A stretch of 39,849 bases of DNA from a virus, in IMG/VR virus record IMGVR_UViG_3300027852_000090, positions 1 through 39,849 of that record. The stretch is one strand, 5' to 3'. A program made the position numbers and the translations under genes. Below are positions 15,476-23,761 of the stretch, piece by piece (position 1 is the first letter of the stretch; each line of letters opens with the position of its first letter). Below the pieces are notes generated by a model. It had not been told where the DNA came from and ran no database searches. It saw only the letters and a list, made by a program, of their open reading frames with translations.

Positions 15476-18436
15476 ATGCAATTAAAAAACTTATTAAACA
15501 TTTTTAAAGAAAAACCTGTAAATAGTCCTAGGCTTGAAGATGAGATGGGAGAAAGCGGAACTACAATGTATAATGGATTTATATCAGGCGAAGAATATAA
15601 CAGTGATTTAACTGGCACTACAAAATTTACAATATACGATAAAATGCGTAAAGGCGATGCTTCAGTTGCAACGGCACTAAAAGTGGTAAAGCTTCCATTA
15701 AGATCAGCAAATTGGTATGTAGAGCCAGCGAGTGAAGAGAAAGAAGATGTTGAGATTGCTAAATTTATAGAACACAATTTAAAAAAAGAAATGAGTATCA
15801 CTTGGGATGATTTTCTACGACAAGCACTTTTAATGTTAGATTATGGTGTTTTTATTTTTGAGAAAGTATTCACTTATGTAGAATATGAGGGGAAACAATA
15901 TATTGGTTGGAAAAAATTTGCACCAAGACATCCTCGGACAGTGCTTAAATGGGCAATTAAAGAAAATAACGATGGAATAGTCCAGCAAAAAATAGGCGGA
16001 GGCGAGGCAAATATTCCTATGGAAAAATTGCTTGTTTTTGTAAATGATAAAGAGGGAGATAATTGGGAGGGAATATCATTATTGCGTACAGCATATAAGC
16101 ATTGGTTTTTTAAAGATATTTTTGAACAAATAGATGCTATGGCTTTTGAGAGGCAAGGATTAGGTGTGCCATATTGCAAAGTTCCGAAAGGAGCGAATGC
16201 AAAAGACAAAGGTAATGCAAAAACATTAGTCAAAAATTTAAGAGCTAACGAAAAAGCTCATGTAGTTTATCCTGATGGTTGGGAAGTTGGCTTTTTAGAT
16301 ATGAATTCAAAAAGCACGCGCGATCCTGAGAAAAGTATAATGCATCATCAGAGATCAATCGTTTTAAATGTTTTGGCTCAATTTTTAATGCTGGGATCAT
16401 CTGATGGAAGTGGAAGTAGAGCATTAAGCGAAGATCATAGTGCATTATTTTTTGACAGCTTACAAGCAGTAGCAAAACAGATATTGGATGTAATAAATAA
16501 ATATGCGATTAAGCAATTAGTCGATATTAACTTCCCTGAGCTAAAAAGATATCCATTATTAAAAGTTGATGATATCGGAAGTATTGATAAAAAAGCATTT
16601 AGCGATATGATGGAAACATTGGTAGGCGAAGAACTAATCAAAAGCGATGATGAATTGGAAAATTATATCAGAAAAGAATTAGATCTCCCTGATGTACAGG
16701 AAAAAGATGAAGAAGATGAAGAAATAGAAAAATTAGATTTAGAATTAGATATGCTACAAATAGATATAGCTGGAGAGGGAATGGAAACTGAAGAATTTGA
16801 AGAAGAAGACGAGGAAGAATTAAAAGAAATGACGGAAGAAATAATTATAGATGAAGAATTAATGTTTGGAGTTAAAGGTAAACCATTAAGTGAAGAAACA
16901 AAGAAAAAAATAAGTGAAGCATTAAGAAAAAAACATGGAAGTAAAATAAAAGAAGAAAGAGGCAAAGTTGGTCAAGCTGAGGGAAATATTGCAGACGCGC
17001 GTAGAAGAATTAATGAATTAAAACAAGTTTTAAGTAATTATAAAGATAAATCTAAAGCAATTAAAGATAAGAGTTTAAAAAGAGAATTTAATAAAAAAGT
17101 AAAAGATAAAATTGAGGAAATAAAAAATCTTATAAAATCAGGGCGTACAGGAATAAAAGTTGAAAGGCAAAGAATAAGAGAAAGTAAAAAACAAATAAGA
17201 GAAGAAAAATCACAATTAAGAAAAGAGAGAAAAGAAAGAAAAATAAACAGACAAATTGACAGAGATAATGAACGGATTAAAAAATTAGAAAAATCATTGA
17301 GTAAAAAGGATTCAGACAAAGCTGATAAAATAAAAGAAAGAATAGAGAAAATAAAAGATAGAATAACTGATAATAACGAAAGACTTGAAGAATTTGAAAT
17401 GAATGAGGATGAAATAAAAAAAAAAAATTTATTAAATTTTGAAGAAGATTTTAAGCCAAGAAGAAAATTGACTTATGCTGAAAAAAAAGTAAATTTTAAT
17501 AAATTAAAAAAAGAATTTGAAAAATCCGAAAGAGAATTAGAAAAAATATTGAATAAAGCATTTAATGATCAGAAAGATGAAATTTTAGCAAATTTTCAAA
17601 AAGCAGTAAAAACAAAAGATTATAAATTAATAGAAAAAATTTCATTATCCGCACCAAAGGAATATAAAAAAGAATTACTCGCTGAAATGAAAGGATTGTA
17701 TAATTTTGGAAAAAATACAGCTTCGGCAGAAATGAAAATAATAACACCATCAACTCCAATAGAAGAAGTTGACAGATTAAAAGCAAGTGCAGAAATAATA
17801 ACAAGCGATCACGAAAATAAAATAATGACTTCCAGTAAGATAGAGGCAATCAATGATATATCCAAAGGAAAAAGCACATCAGAAACAATGAAATTGGTAA
17901 AGGCGACAATGATAACAAAGGCTAATGAGCTAGCAAAACAAACAGGCTCAATTATTGCTGGAGGAATGATAAATGACGGCCGTAGATTAGCACAACAAAC
18001 AAATAAGGCAAAACTTTATGCATTACAACGCTCCGAGCTATTAGATGATAGAACCTGTAATTTTTGTGAGAGTATGGATGGTAGAGTGATTAAAGTAAGT
18101 GATCCATGGGGGCAAGAGGGCTCGTTCCATAGCCGTTGTCGTGGAGTATGGGTTGAAATAATGAATACAGAACCTGAAAAACCATCAATAAGCGGAGTGC
18201 CAAAATCAATAGCTGAAAGATATAATAAACCTAATGACTTTAAACAATTAAAAAGTCCAGTAGTAAATAAAAATAGTTTAGCGGCTGATGAGATAAAAAA
18301 GCAATATGCAAAAGATATAAAAACAAGACAATCAAAAATAGATAAATATGAAAAAGATGGAAAATATCCAAACAGAGTATCTGCACATAAAAAAGAAATT
18401 GAGAGAATGGAAAAAGTATTAAATAAATTAAAATAA
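15476..18436 (+). CDS. Portal protein (Mu gp29/DUF935-like) fused through a long K/E-rich coiled coil to a MuF/SPP1 gp7-like head morphogenesis domain
   Basis: The N-terminus FTIYDKMRKGDASVATALKVVKLPLRSANWYVEPAS resembles the Mu-type portal signature. The C-terminus LLDDRTCNFCESMDGRVIKVSDPW...FHSRCRGVWVEI is the Phage_Mu_F motif. About 300 aa of charged low complexity lies between them (about 16660..17640). Confidence 0.7.
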   Translation: MQLKNLLNIFKEKPVNSPRLEDEMGESGTTMYNGFISGEEYNSDLTGTTKFTIYDKMRKGDASVATALKVVKLPLRSANWYVEPASEEKEDVEIAKFIEHNLKKEMSITWDDFLRQALLMLDYGVFIFEKVFTYVEYEGKQYIGWKKFAPRHPRTVLKWAIKENNDGIVQQKIGGGEANIPMEKLLVFVNDKEGDNWEGISLLRTAYKHWFFKDIFEQIDAMAFERQGLGVPYCKVPKGANAKDKGNAKTLVKNLRANEKAHVVYPDGWEVGFLDMNSKSTRDPEKSIMHHQRSIVLNVLAQFLMLGSSDGSGSRALSEDHSALFFDSLQAVAKQILDVINKYAIKQLVDINFPELKRYPLLKVDDIGSIDKKAFSDMMETLVGEELIKSDDELENYIRKELDLPDVQEKDEEDEEIEKLDLELDMLQIDIAGEGMETEEFEEEDEEELKEMTEEIIIDEELMFGVKGKPLSEETKKKISEALRKKHGSKIKEERGKVGQAEGNIADARRRINELKQVLSNYKDKSKAIKDKSLKREFNKKVKDKIEEIKNLIKSGRTGIKVERQRIRESKKQIREEKSQLRKERKERKINRQIDRDNERIKKLEKSLSKKDSDKADKIKERIEKIKDRITDNNERLEEFEMNEDEIKKKNLLNFEEDFKPRRKLTYAEKKVNFNKLKKEFEKSERELEKILNKAFNDQKDEILANFQKAVKTKDYKLIEKISLSAPKEYKKELLAEMKGLYNFGKNTASAEMKIITPSTPIEEVDRLKASAEIITSDHENKIMTSSKIEAINDISKGKSTSETMKLVKATMITKANELAKQTGSIIAGGMINDGRRLAQQTNKAKLYALQRSELLDDRTCNFCESMDGRVIKVSDPWGQEGSFHSRCRGVWVEIMNTEPEKPSISGVPKSIAERYNKPNDFKQLKSPVVNKNSLAADEIKKQYAKDIKTRQSKIDKYEKDGKYPNRVSAHKKEIERMEKVLNKLK

Positions 18437-18440
18437 TTGT

Positions 18441-18818
18441 ATGTCATTTTTAAGCAGAAAAATAAGAAACAAATTGAATAATTTAATAAATCCTGCCACG
18501 GAAGATAAACAAGACGATATAATAGAAGCAGTAAGTAATAGAGTTGATTTAGAGGGATTAGGAAATTTGTCTGTTGGTATTACTCAAACAGAGATAGTTA
18601 TTACTGGCGAGCCTCATTCAATAAGAATTAGAGCAGCTACAACAAATACAGGAATAATTTTTATAGGGGAAGATGGTATATTATCAGACGGCAGTAATGA
18701 TTTTGTAAGGTTAGAAAGTGGAGATGAGATTGTTATTAATTATAATGATACTACTAATGCTTTGTATGCCATTTCTGATACAGCAGATCAAAAAATTAAT
18801 ATAGGAATTTTATTATGA
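18441..18818 (+). CDS. Hypothetical virion-module protein (125 aa)
   Basis: ORF coupled (ATGA) to the next gene. Confidence 0.5.
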   Translation: MSFLSRKIRNKLNNLINPATEDKQDDIIEAVSNRVDLEGLGNLSVGITQTEIVITGEPHSIRIRAATTNTGIIFIGEDGILSDGSNDFVRLESGDEIVINYNDTTNALYAISDTADQKINIGILL

Positions 18819-19582
18819 TGAATATTAAAAGAGCAATTAGATTAAATAGAGGAACTGCACAAGGGCAATTGTGTTTTTGGGATGATACTATTAAAAAATG
18901 GACTCCTATTGAAATCTCAGAATTATTTTGGGATGATGTTAATAAAAGAATTGGTATTGGAACAAATTCCCCTGATACAAAATTTCAAGTTGTCGGAGAT
19001 TCTAAATTTGGAGATGATAACACAAATTATATCTACCTTGCCAGCAATGGAGAACTTCAATTAAAAGGAACAGCAAGAGTAAAAAAATGTTTTTATATAG
19101 ATGCAGACGGAATAAAAGCAGTAGGAACTAAGCCAGCAAGTTTTGTTTTAAGTGGTCTGAGCGGTAGCTGGGAATTTGGCGATGAAGTTGAAGCAAATCA
19201 AGAAACAATAAGTGGAAATGTTAAGATACCTTGTGATGCAGATATTACAGTTGTTCCTGTTTTAAATATAGGACTTTATGCTAATGGAATAAGTCCGGGA
19301 GATACTAAATTTCAATTAGAATATTTATATATAGGACAGAATGAAGATATGACAGGTGTCGCACAAGAAACATTAACAGCGACAGCGACACTTTCCGCAA
19401 CCTCTAACGGTTTGACAATATTACAATTCACTGGCATTGACTTACCAATTTCAACAGATATGGCATTGATTTGGAAGATAACAAGATTAAGTGCAGATGT
19501 AGAAGATACAGTATCAGCACCAATATTTTTAAAGGGTATGTTTTTTGGATACACTGCTAATAAATTAGGCACAGGACTATAA
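18815..19582 (+). CDS. Fiber-like structural protein
   Basis: FWDDVNKRIGIGTNSPDTKFQVVGD resembles the vGIGTxxPxxxLxVxG motif common in phage fiber and spike proteins. The C-terminal half looks beta-rich. Confidence 0.4.
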   Translation: MMNIKRAIRLNRGTAQGQLCFWDDTIKKWTPIEISELFWDDVNKRIGIGTNSPDTKFQVVGDSKFGDDNTNYIYLASNGELQLKGTARVKKCFYIDADGIKAVGTKPASFVLSGLSGSWEFGDEVEANQETISGNVKIPCDADITVVPVLNIGLYANGISPGDTKFQLEYLYIGQNEDMTGVAQETLTATATLSATSNGLTILQFTGIDLPISTDMALIWKITRLSADVEDTVSAPIFLKGMFFGYTANKLGTGL

Positions 19583-19599
19583 ATAATTAAATATAAATT

Positions 19600-19815
19600 A
19601 TGTCAGAAAGAGTAAAAATTCAACAATGGATGATTAATCTCGCAATTGTCTTAATAATCGGTGCTTATGGTTTTATTTTTAGTTCTGTATTAGACAGAAT
19701 AACAAAAAATGAAAATAAGATAGAAAGTTTTAATCCTGTATTATTGCAAATACAAACTGATTTAGCAGAAATTAAAACCAATACAGCTTGGTTAATGAAA
19801 AGTGTCAAAGAATAA
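19600..19815 (+). CDS. Small membrane protein (71 aa)
   Basis: One TM helix (WMINLAIVLIIGAYGFIFSSV) followed by a coiled coil. Confidence 0.45.
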   Translation: MSERVKIQQWMINLAIVLIIGAYGFIFSSVLDRITKNENKIESFNPVLLQIQTDLAEIKTNTAWLMKSVKE

Positions 19816-19860
19816 ATATAAATCTGTTCTTTTAAAACAATAAAAACAAGGAGGGTTACA

Positions 19861-20064
19861 ATGATAAACGAAAAGGAAAGAAAAGTAACTAAAAAATGGT
19901 TAGAGAATGTTGGCAAACACATTATCAGAGAAGAAATTAATTTTAGGCATACTATTTGCCCAACTTGTCATCTCCCATTAAGCGGAGATGAAAAAATGTT
20001 GCAATGTTCTAATTGCCGAACAAAAATAATTAATACTGCCTTTGACGGAATTGGCATTGCATAA
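19861..20064 (+). CDS. Zinc-ribbon protein (67 aa)
   Basis: CPTCHLP...CSNCRT (CxxC-x14-CxxC). Preceded by AAGGAGGG, a clear SD. Confidence 0.5.
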   Translation: MINEKERKVTKKWLENVGKHIIREEINFRHTICPTCHLPLSGDEKMLQCSNCRTKIINTAFDGIGIA

Positions 20065-20097
20065 ACAACAACAACAAGGGGTTAGAATATTAATCCC

Positions 20098-20125
20098 TTG
20101 TAAATTAAAACAAATATGATATAAT
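20098..20125 (+). promoter_or_regulatory. Candidate promoter: TTGTAA, 16-nt spacer, extended -10 TGaTATAAT
   Basis: TTGTAA at 20098..20103, TG at 20117..20118, TATAAT at 20120..20125. It lies within the 229-nt gap upstream of the protease/scaffold and capsid genes. Confidence 0.45.
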
Positions 20126-20154
20126 ATTAATAATTAAAATTTTATTGGGAATTA

Positions 20155-20270
20155 AAATTATTGCGGTTATTTTCTGGGCAACCTATAGGGTTCAGAAAGT
20201 AAAACTTTCCGCAGGGTTTTATTCTTCTACCCTTTGACTCAAAAGCCTCTGCATCCCAACAGGGGCTTTA
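20155..20270 (+). promoter_or_regulatory. GC-enriched structured 5' leader or ncRNA (several hairpins)
   Basis: Hairpins read by eye: GAAAGT-aaa-ACTTTC (20195..20209), flanked by TGCG (20162..20165) pairing with CGCA (20210..20213); AGGGT (20213..20217) with ACCCT (20229..20233); and AAAGCCTCTG (20242..20251) with CAGGGGCTTT (20260..20269), one G-U pair. The composition is clearly less AT-rich than the neighbouring intergenic DNA. Confidence 0.4.
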
Positions 20271-20293
20271 AATTTATAATAATTTTATATAAT

Positions 20294-21445
20294 ATGAAAA
20301 AACAAGCAATAACAATGTTGATGTCATTAGATAATATGAAATTTAATGATGACAATAAAAGTGAAATTCAAGTAATGAAAAAAGGAGAATGGGATCATCC
20401 AGCATATGGCAGAGTAGAAATAGACGATAAGATTATGAAAGAAATGGTAAGTAATTTTAGTAAAAACATTCGTGCGCATTCTAAAAAAGAGGGATTACCA
20501 GTAGATGAAGAACATTTTTCTTCAAAGGGCGCAGTTGGATGGATTAAAAAATTAATTAACCGAGGAAGTGAGGGACTCTTCGCTTTAGTGGAGTGGAATA
20601 GTAAAGGTCGTCAGGCCATAGAAGACAAAATTTATAAATTCTTCTCGCCTGAATTTTACTTCCAATATGAAGACCCGGAAACTCGGAGAATGCACAATAA
20701 TGTGCTAATCGGTGGTGCGCTGACTAATAGACCTTATTTTAAAGGTTTAAAGCCAGTTGTATTATCCGAGGATATTATTATTAACAATACAATCAATATG
20801 AAATTAAGTGAATTAATCAAAAAAGATTTGTCTTCACTAAATGACGAAGAAAAAAAATTCATCACTTCCAAATTTAGCGAATTAGAAGACGAAAATAAGA
20901 AAAAATTTGACGAATTAAAACCTGAAGAAGAAAAAAAACCTGAAGAAAAAAAAGATGAGAAAAAAGAAGATGACAACAATGAAAAACCAGCAGGTGGCGT
21001 AGAAGCTAATGAGGGTAAAATTGCAATGAATGAAAATGAAGTCAAAAAATTAAAAGAAGATGCACAAAAAGGCGTGCAAGCAAGTGAAGATTTAAGAAAA
21101 ATGAAAATAGAGAGTAAAGTCAAAGAATTTACATTTAGCGAATCAAATAAAGATGGCAGGTTGCCAGCCACAGCTAACACAGACAACAAAGTCGTAGATT
21201 TTGTTATGTCGTTGACTGAGGAAATGGCTACCAAATTTTATGAAATCATCGGCAGTCTTCCAAGTCCTAAAATCTTCGGAGAATTAGGAGAAACAAGCTT
21301 TGGAGAAAATGTTGATGATAAAAAGCCAGCTGGAGTAAGTGAGGAATCACATAAGCTAGATATAAAAGCTCGTGAGTTAATGAAGTCTGACGACAAAATG
21401 ACTTATGAGGAAGCATTAGCTAAAGCTGAGAAAGAGCTTGCTTAA
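20294..21445 (+). CDS. Mu gpI-like head maturation protease / scaffold
   Basis: KKGEWDHPAYGRVEIDDKIMKEMVSNF...PVDEEH...GAVGWIKKL..EGLFALVEWNSKGRQAIEDKIYKFFSPEF follows the Mu I-protein pattern. The C-terminal half is an acidic coiled coil, as expected of a scaffold. Start moved to ATG 20294; the track used TTG 20234. Confidence 0.65.
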   Translation: MKKQAITMLMSLDNMKFNDDNKSEIQVMKKGEWDHPAYGRVEIDDKIMKEMVSNFSKNIRAHSKKEGLPVDEEHFSSKGAVGWIKKLINRGSEGLFALVEWNSKGRQAIEDKIYKFFSPEFYFQYEDPETRRMHNNVLIGGALTNRPYFKGLKPVVLSEDIIINNTINMKLSELIKKDLSSLNDEEKKFITSKFSELEDENKKKFDELKPEEEKKPEEKKDEKKEDDNNEKPAGGVEANEGKIAMNENEVKKLKEDAQKGVQASEDLRKMKIESKVKEFTFSESNKDGRLPATANTDNKVVDFVMSLTEEMATKFYEIIGSLPSPKIFGELGETSFGENVDDKKPAGVSEESHKLDIKARELMKSDDKMTYEEALAKAEKELA

Positions 21446-21480
21446 TGTTTATTTATTAATTTAATTTTAACAAAAACAAT

Positions 21481-21888
21481 ATGGCTCATGAAATAAGCTT
21501 ATTAGATTATCCTTTTATAGCTGAGAACGCAATGGCAGAGAAATATGTTGTTGTAGAACTTGGAACTAGTGCAGGAGAAGTCGATTTGCCTGATGGCAAT
21601 AACGATGCACCTGTAGGAGTAACTCAAGCTACAGCAGTTGCTGATGGCGCTGTTAATGTAAGACTTGCTGGAGTTTCCAAAGTAGTAGCCAATGCGGCTA
21701 TTTCTAAAGGTGACTATCTAGTAGCAGTTATTACAACTGGTCGAGTTGCTACTGCACCAACTATTACATCAACATGGACAGGCACAGCAGCATCCACGGA
21801 ACATGTCATTGGCTTGGCTTTAGAAGCGGCAGGAGCGGCAGGAGATATTATCTCAATGCTAATCCGTCCAATGATAATTACTCATTAA
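21481..21888 (+). CDS. Small Ala/Gly-rich head protein (DUF2190-like; candidate decoration or cement protein)
   Basis: 135 aa, located between the protease and the major capsid gene. PVGVTQATAVADGAVNVRLAGVSKVVANAAISKGDYL resembles the DUF2190 pattern. Confidence 0.45.
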   Translation: MAHEISLLDYPFIAENAMAEKYVVVELGTSAGEVDLPDGNNDAPVGVTQATAVADGAVNVRLAGVSKVVANAAISKGDYLVAVITTGRVATAPTITSTWTGTAASTEHVIGLALEAAGAAGDIISMLIRPMIITH

Positions 21889-21926
21889 TTATCATTATTA
21901 TTTATTATTTATTAATTTAAACAAGT

Positions 21927-22895
21927 ATGCCAAAAGTAAACGAAGTACACATAGATGCGGCGTTATCCAATGTATCACTTGGATATCATCCAAAGGGCAT
22001 GATTGCTGAGGAAATATTCCCTATTATTCCTATTAAAAAGGAAAGTGACAAATATTATATTTGGAACAAAGGGGAAGCATTCCGAGTACCTGATACTACA
22101 TTGAGAGCAGATGGTACACGATCAAAAACAATCGGATTTAGTTTAACAAATTCTACCTATACGGCAGAAGAATACGCATTAAATACCGAAGTTACTGATC
22201 GTCAAAAAGCAAATGCTGACAGTGTCATTAATTTGAGATCTGCAAAGACTCGTAGAGTTAAAGACATTTTAATGCTGGATCAAGAGATTAGAGTAGCAAG
22301 TTTATTGACTACTCAAGCAAATTGGGCTAGCACAAATCGTGTTCAATTATCAGGAACTGATCAGTGGAATAACGCAAGTTATGATTCTGATGCAGTAGAT
22401 GGATCAATTGAATATAGAATTGATACAGGTAAAGAAGCAATAAGAACACAAACAGGAGGACACGAGCCGAATAAAATCGTTATTCCATCAGCTGTAGCAA
22501 AAGTTATAAAAAGAGATGCTACTATTAGATCAATGATCAAATATACTCATGCTGATTTATTGGTAGACGGAGATTTGCCTCCTAAATTATGGGGAATGAA
22601 AGTTATTATTCCTAAAGCAAGTAAAAACACCAATGTAGAGGGAAATTCTACTCAAACATTAACAGATGTTTGGGGAAAGCATGTATTATTAATGTATGTG
22701 CCTGAAACACCTCAAATTGATGAATTATCTTGTGGATATATCTTCCGTGTAAATAACTCAGCTCATACACCATGGGGAGTTAGAACATGGAGAGAGGAAG
22801 CAGAAAAGAAAGAAGTTATTGAAAACGAAGTTTGTCAAGATGAAAAACTTGTAAGTAATGTAGCTGGATATTTTATTGAAGATGTAATTGCTTAA
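21927..22895 (+). CDS. Major capsid protein
   Basis: 322 aa, located downstream of the protease/scaffold and followed by a strong hairpin. The N-terminus ALSNVSLGYHPKGMIAEEIFPIIPIKKESDKYYIW resembles major capsid families. Confidence 0.7.
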   Translation: MPKVNEVHIDAALSNVSLGYHPKGMIAEEIFPIIPIKKESDKYYIWNKGEAFRVPDTTLRADGTRSKTIGFSLTNSTYTAEEYALNTEVTDRQKANADSVINLRSAKTRRVKDILMLDQEIRVASLLTTQANWASTNRVQLSGTDQWNNASYDSDAVDGSIEYRIDTGKEAIRTQTGGHEPNKIVIPSAVAKVIKRDATIRSMIKYTHADLLVDGDLPPKLWGMKVIIPKASKNTNVEGNSTQTLTDVWGKHVLLMYVPETPQIDELSCGYIFRVNNSAHTPWGVRTWREEAEKKEVIENEVCQDEKLVSNVAGYFIEDVIA

Positions 22896-22901
22896 CTAAT
22901 T

Positions 22902-22925
22902 GAGAGGCAGTTAATTCTGCCTCTC
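22902..22925 (+). terminator. Hairpin terminator after the capsid gene
   Basis: GAGAGGCAG-ttaatt-CTGCCTCTC is a perfect 9-bp GC-rich stem. The downstream tract ttaatcttatt is T-rich but not a clean U-run. Confidence 0.55.
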
Positions 22926-22956
22926 TTAATCTTATTAATCTTAAAATCATATTTAT

Positions 22957-23172
22957 ATGGCAGATGAAAAAAATCCAATAGAGTTAGTTGCAGAGGCTAC
23001 GGCCGTGAAAGCGCAATTATTGAATTCAAAAGCCGAATATGAAGTGATTGCCGAAAGTGGATTATTCAAGAATGGAGAAACCTACGAAAAAGGTAAAATC
23101 ATAACGCTTGATAAATTCACAGGAGGAAATTACGAGAGGGCAAAAGCCTTAAAATTTATTAAAGATAAATAA
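22957..23172 (+). CDS. Hypothetical protein (71 aa)
   Basis: ORF only. Confidence 0.5.
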   Translation: MADEKNPIELVAEATAVKAQLLNSKAEYEVIAESGLFKNGETYEKGKIITLDKFTGGNYERAKALKFIKDK

Positions 23173-23179
23173 AAAAATT

Positions 23180-23650
23180 ATGCAAAATAAATTAAAAGAC
23201 AATGTCGCTCGTAAAGGTAAACTTCATATTAAGTTATTTGATAAAGACGGAAATTTAAAAGAAGAAAGAGAAATAAAAAATTTAGTTGTTTCTGTTGGCG
23301 AGGCGCATATTGCAGACCAATTAGCTTCAACACCCGGAGAAACAGCAATGGGCTATATGGCAATCGGTACAGGAACTACTGCAGCAGCAGCAGGAGATAC
23401 AACATTAGAAACAGAGCTTGATCGTAATGCATTAACATCGAGAACACAAGGAGCAGGTGGAGATGATAATGATGTTATCTATGTAGGCGATTGGGCGGCA
23501 GGAGATGGCACAGGAGCTATCACTGAGGCAGGTATTCTAAATGCAGCGGCGGCAGGCGTTCTATTAGCTAGATCCGTTTTTACAGTAATTAATAAAGGAG
23601 CAAGCGACACTCTACAAATTACTTGGACAATAACAATAGGTTCATCCTAA
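23180..23650 (+). CDS. Ala/Gly/Thr-rich putative structural protein (156 aa)
   Basis: MAIGTGTTAAAAGDTTLETELDRNAL...ITEAGILNAAAAGVLLARSVF. Composition and position suggest a virion protein; family not identified. Confidence 0.5.
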   Translation: MQNKLKDNVARKGKLHIKLFDKDGNLKEEREIKNLVVSVGEAHIADQLASTPGETAMGYMAIGTGTTAAAAGDTTLETELDRNALTSRTQGAGGDDNDVIYVGDWAAGDGTGAITEAGILNAAAAGVLLARSVFTVINKGASDTLQITWTITIGSS

Positions 23651-23665
23651 AGTCTAGTAGTTTAA

Positions 23666-23690
23666 CTTTGCTCATTAATCGTGGGCAAAG
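23666..23690 (+). terminator. Hairpin (weak terminator candidate)
   Basis: CTTTGCTCA-ttaatcg-TGGGCAAAG, a 9-bp stem with one G-U pair and no clear U-tract. Confidence 0.3.
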
Positions 23691-23761
23691 ATTAGATTAT
23701 TAATATCCATCTTATGCGGAATAGAACTTTTAATATATATGCATAAATCAAATTAATATAA

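Noticed and set aside
16660-17640. Apparent DNA repeats in the K/E-rich part of the portal fusion gene
   Set aside because: This is purine-rich low complexity (gaa/aaa/gat codons) without a consistent repeat unit. I treat it as compositional bias, not a true tandem repeat.
18882-19064. Nested plus-strand ORFs 18882..19064 and 33229..33423
   Set aside because: They are out-of-frame ORFs wholly inside longer structural genes, with no independent support.
20186-20200. agggttcagaaag resembling a tRNA T-loop, which would suggest a second tRNA
   Set aside because: I could not build an acceptor, D or anticodon arm around it.
20234-20293. TTG-initiated extension of the protease/scaffold ORF
   Set aside because: It runs through the structured GC-enriched leader. 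ATG 20294 has the genome-typical ataatATG context, and the Mu gpI-like similarity begins after it.
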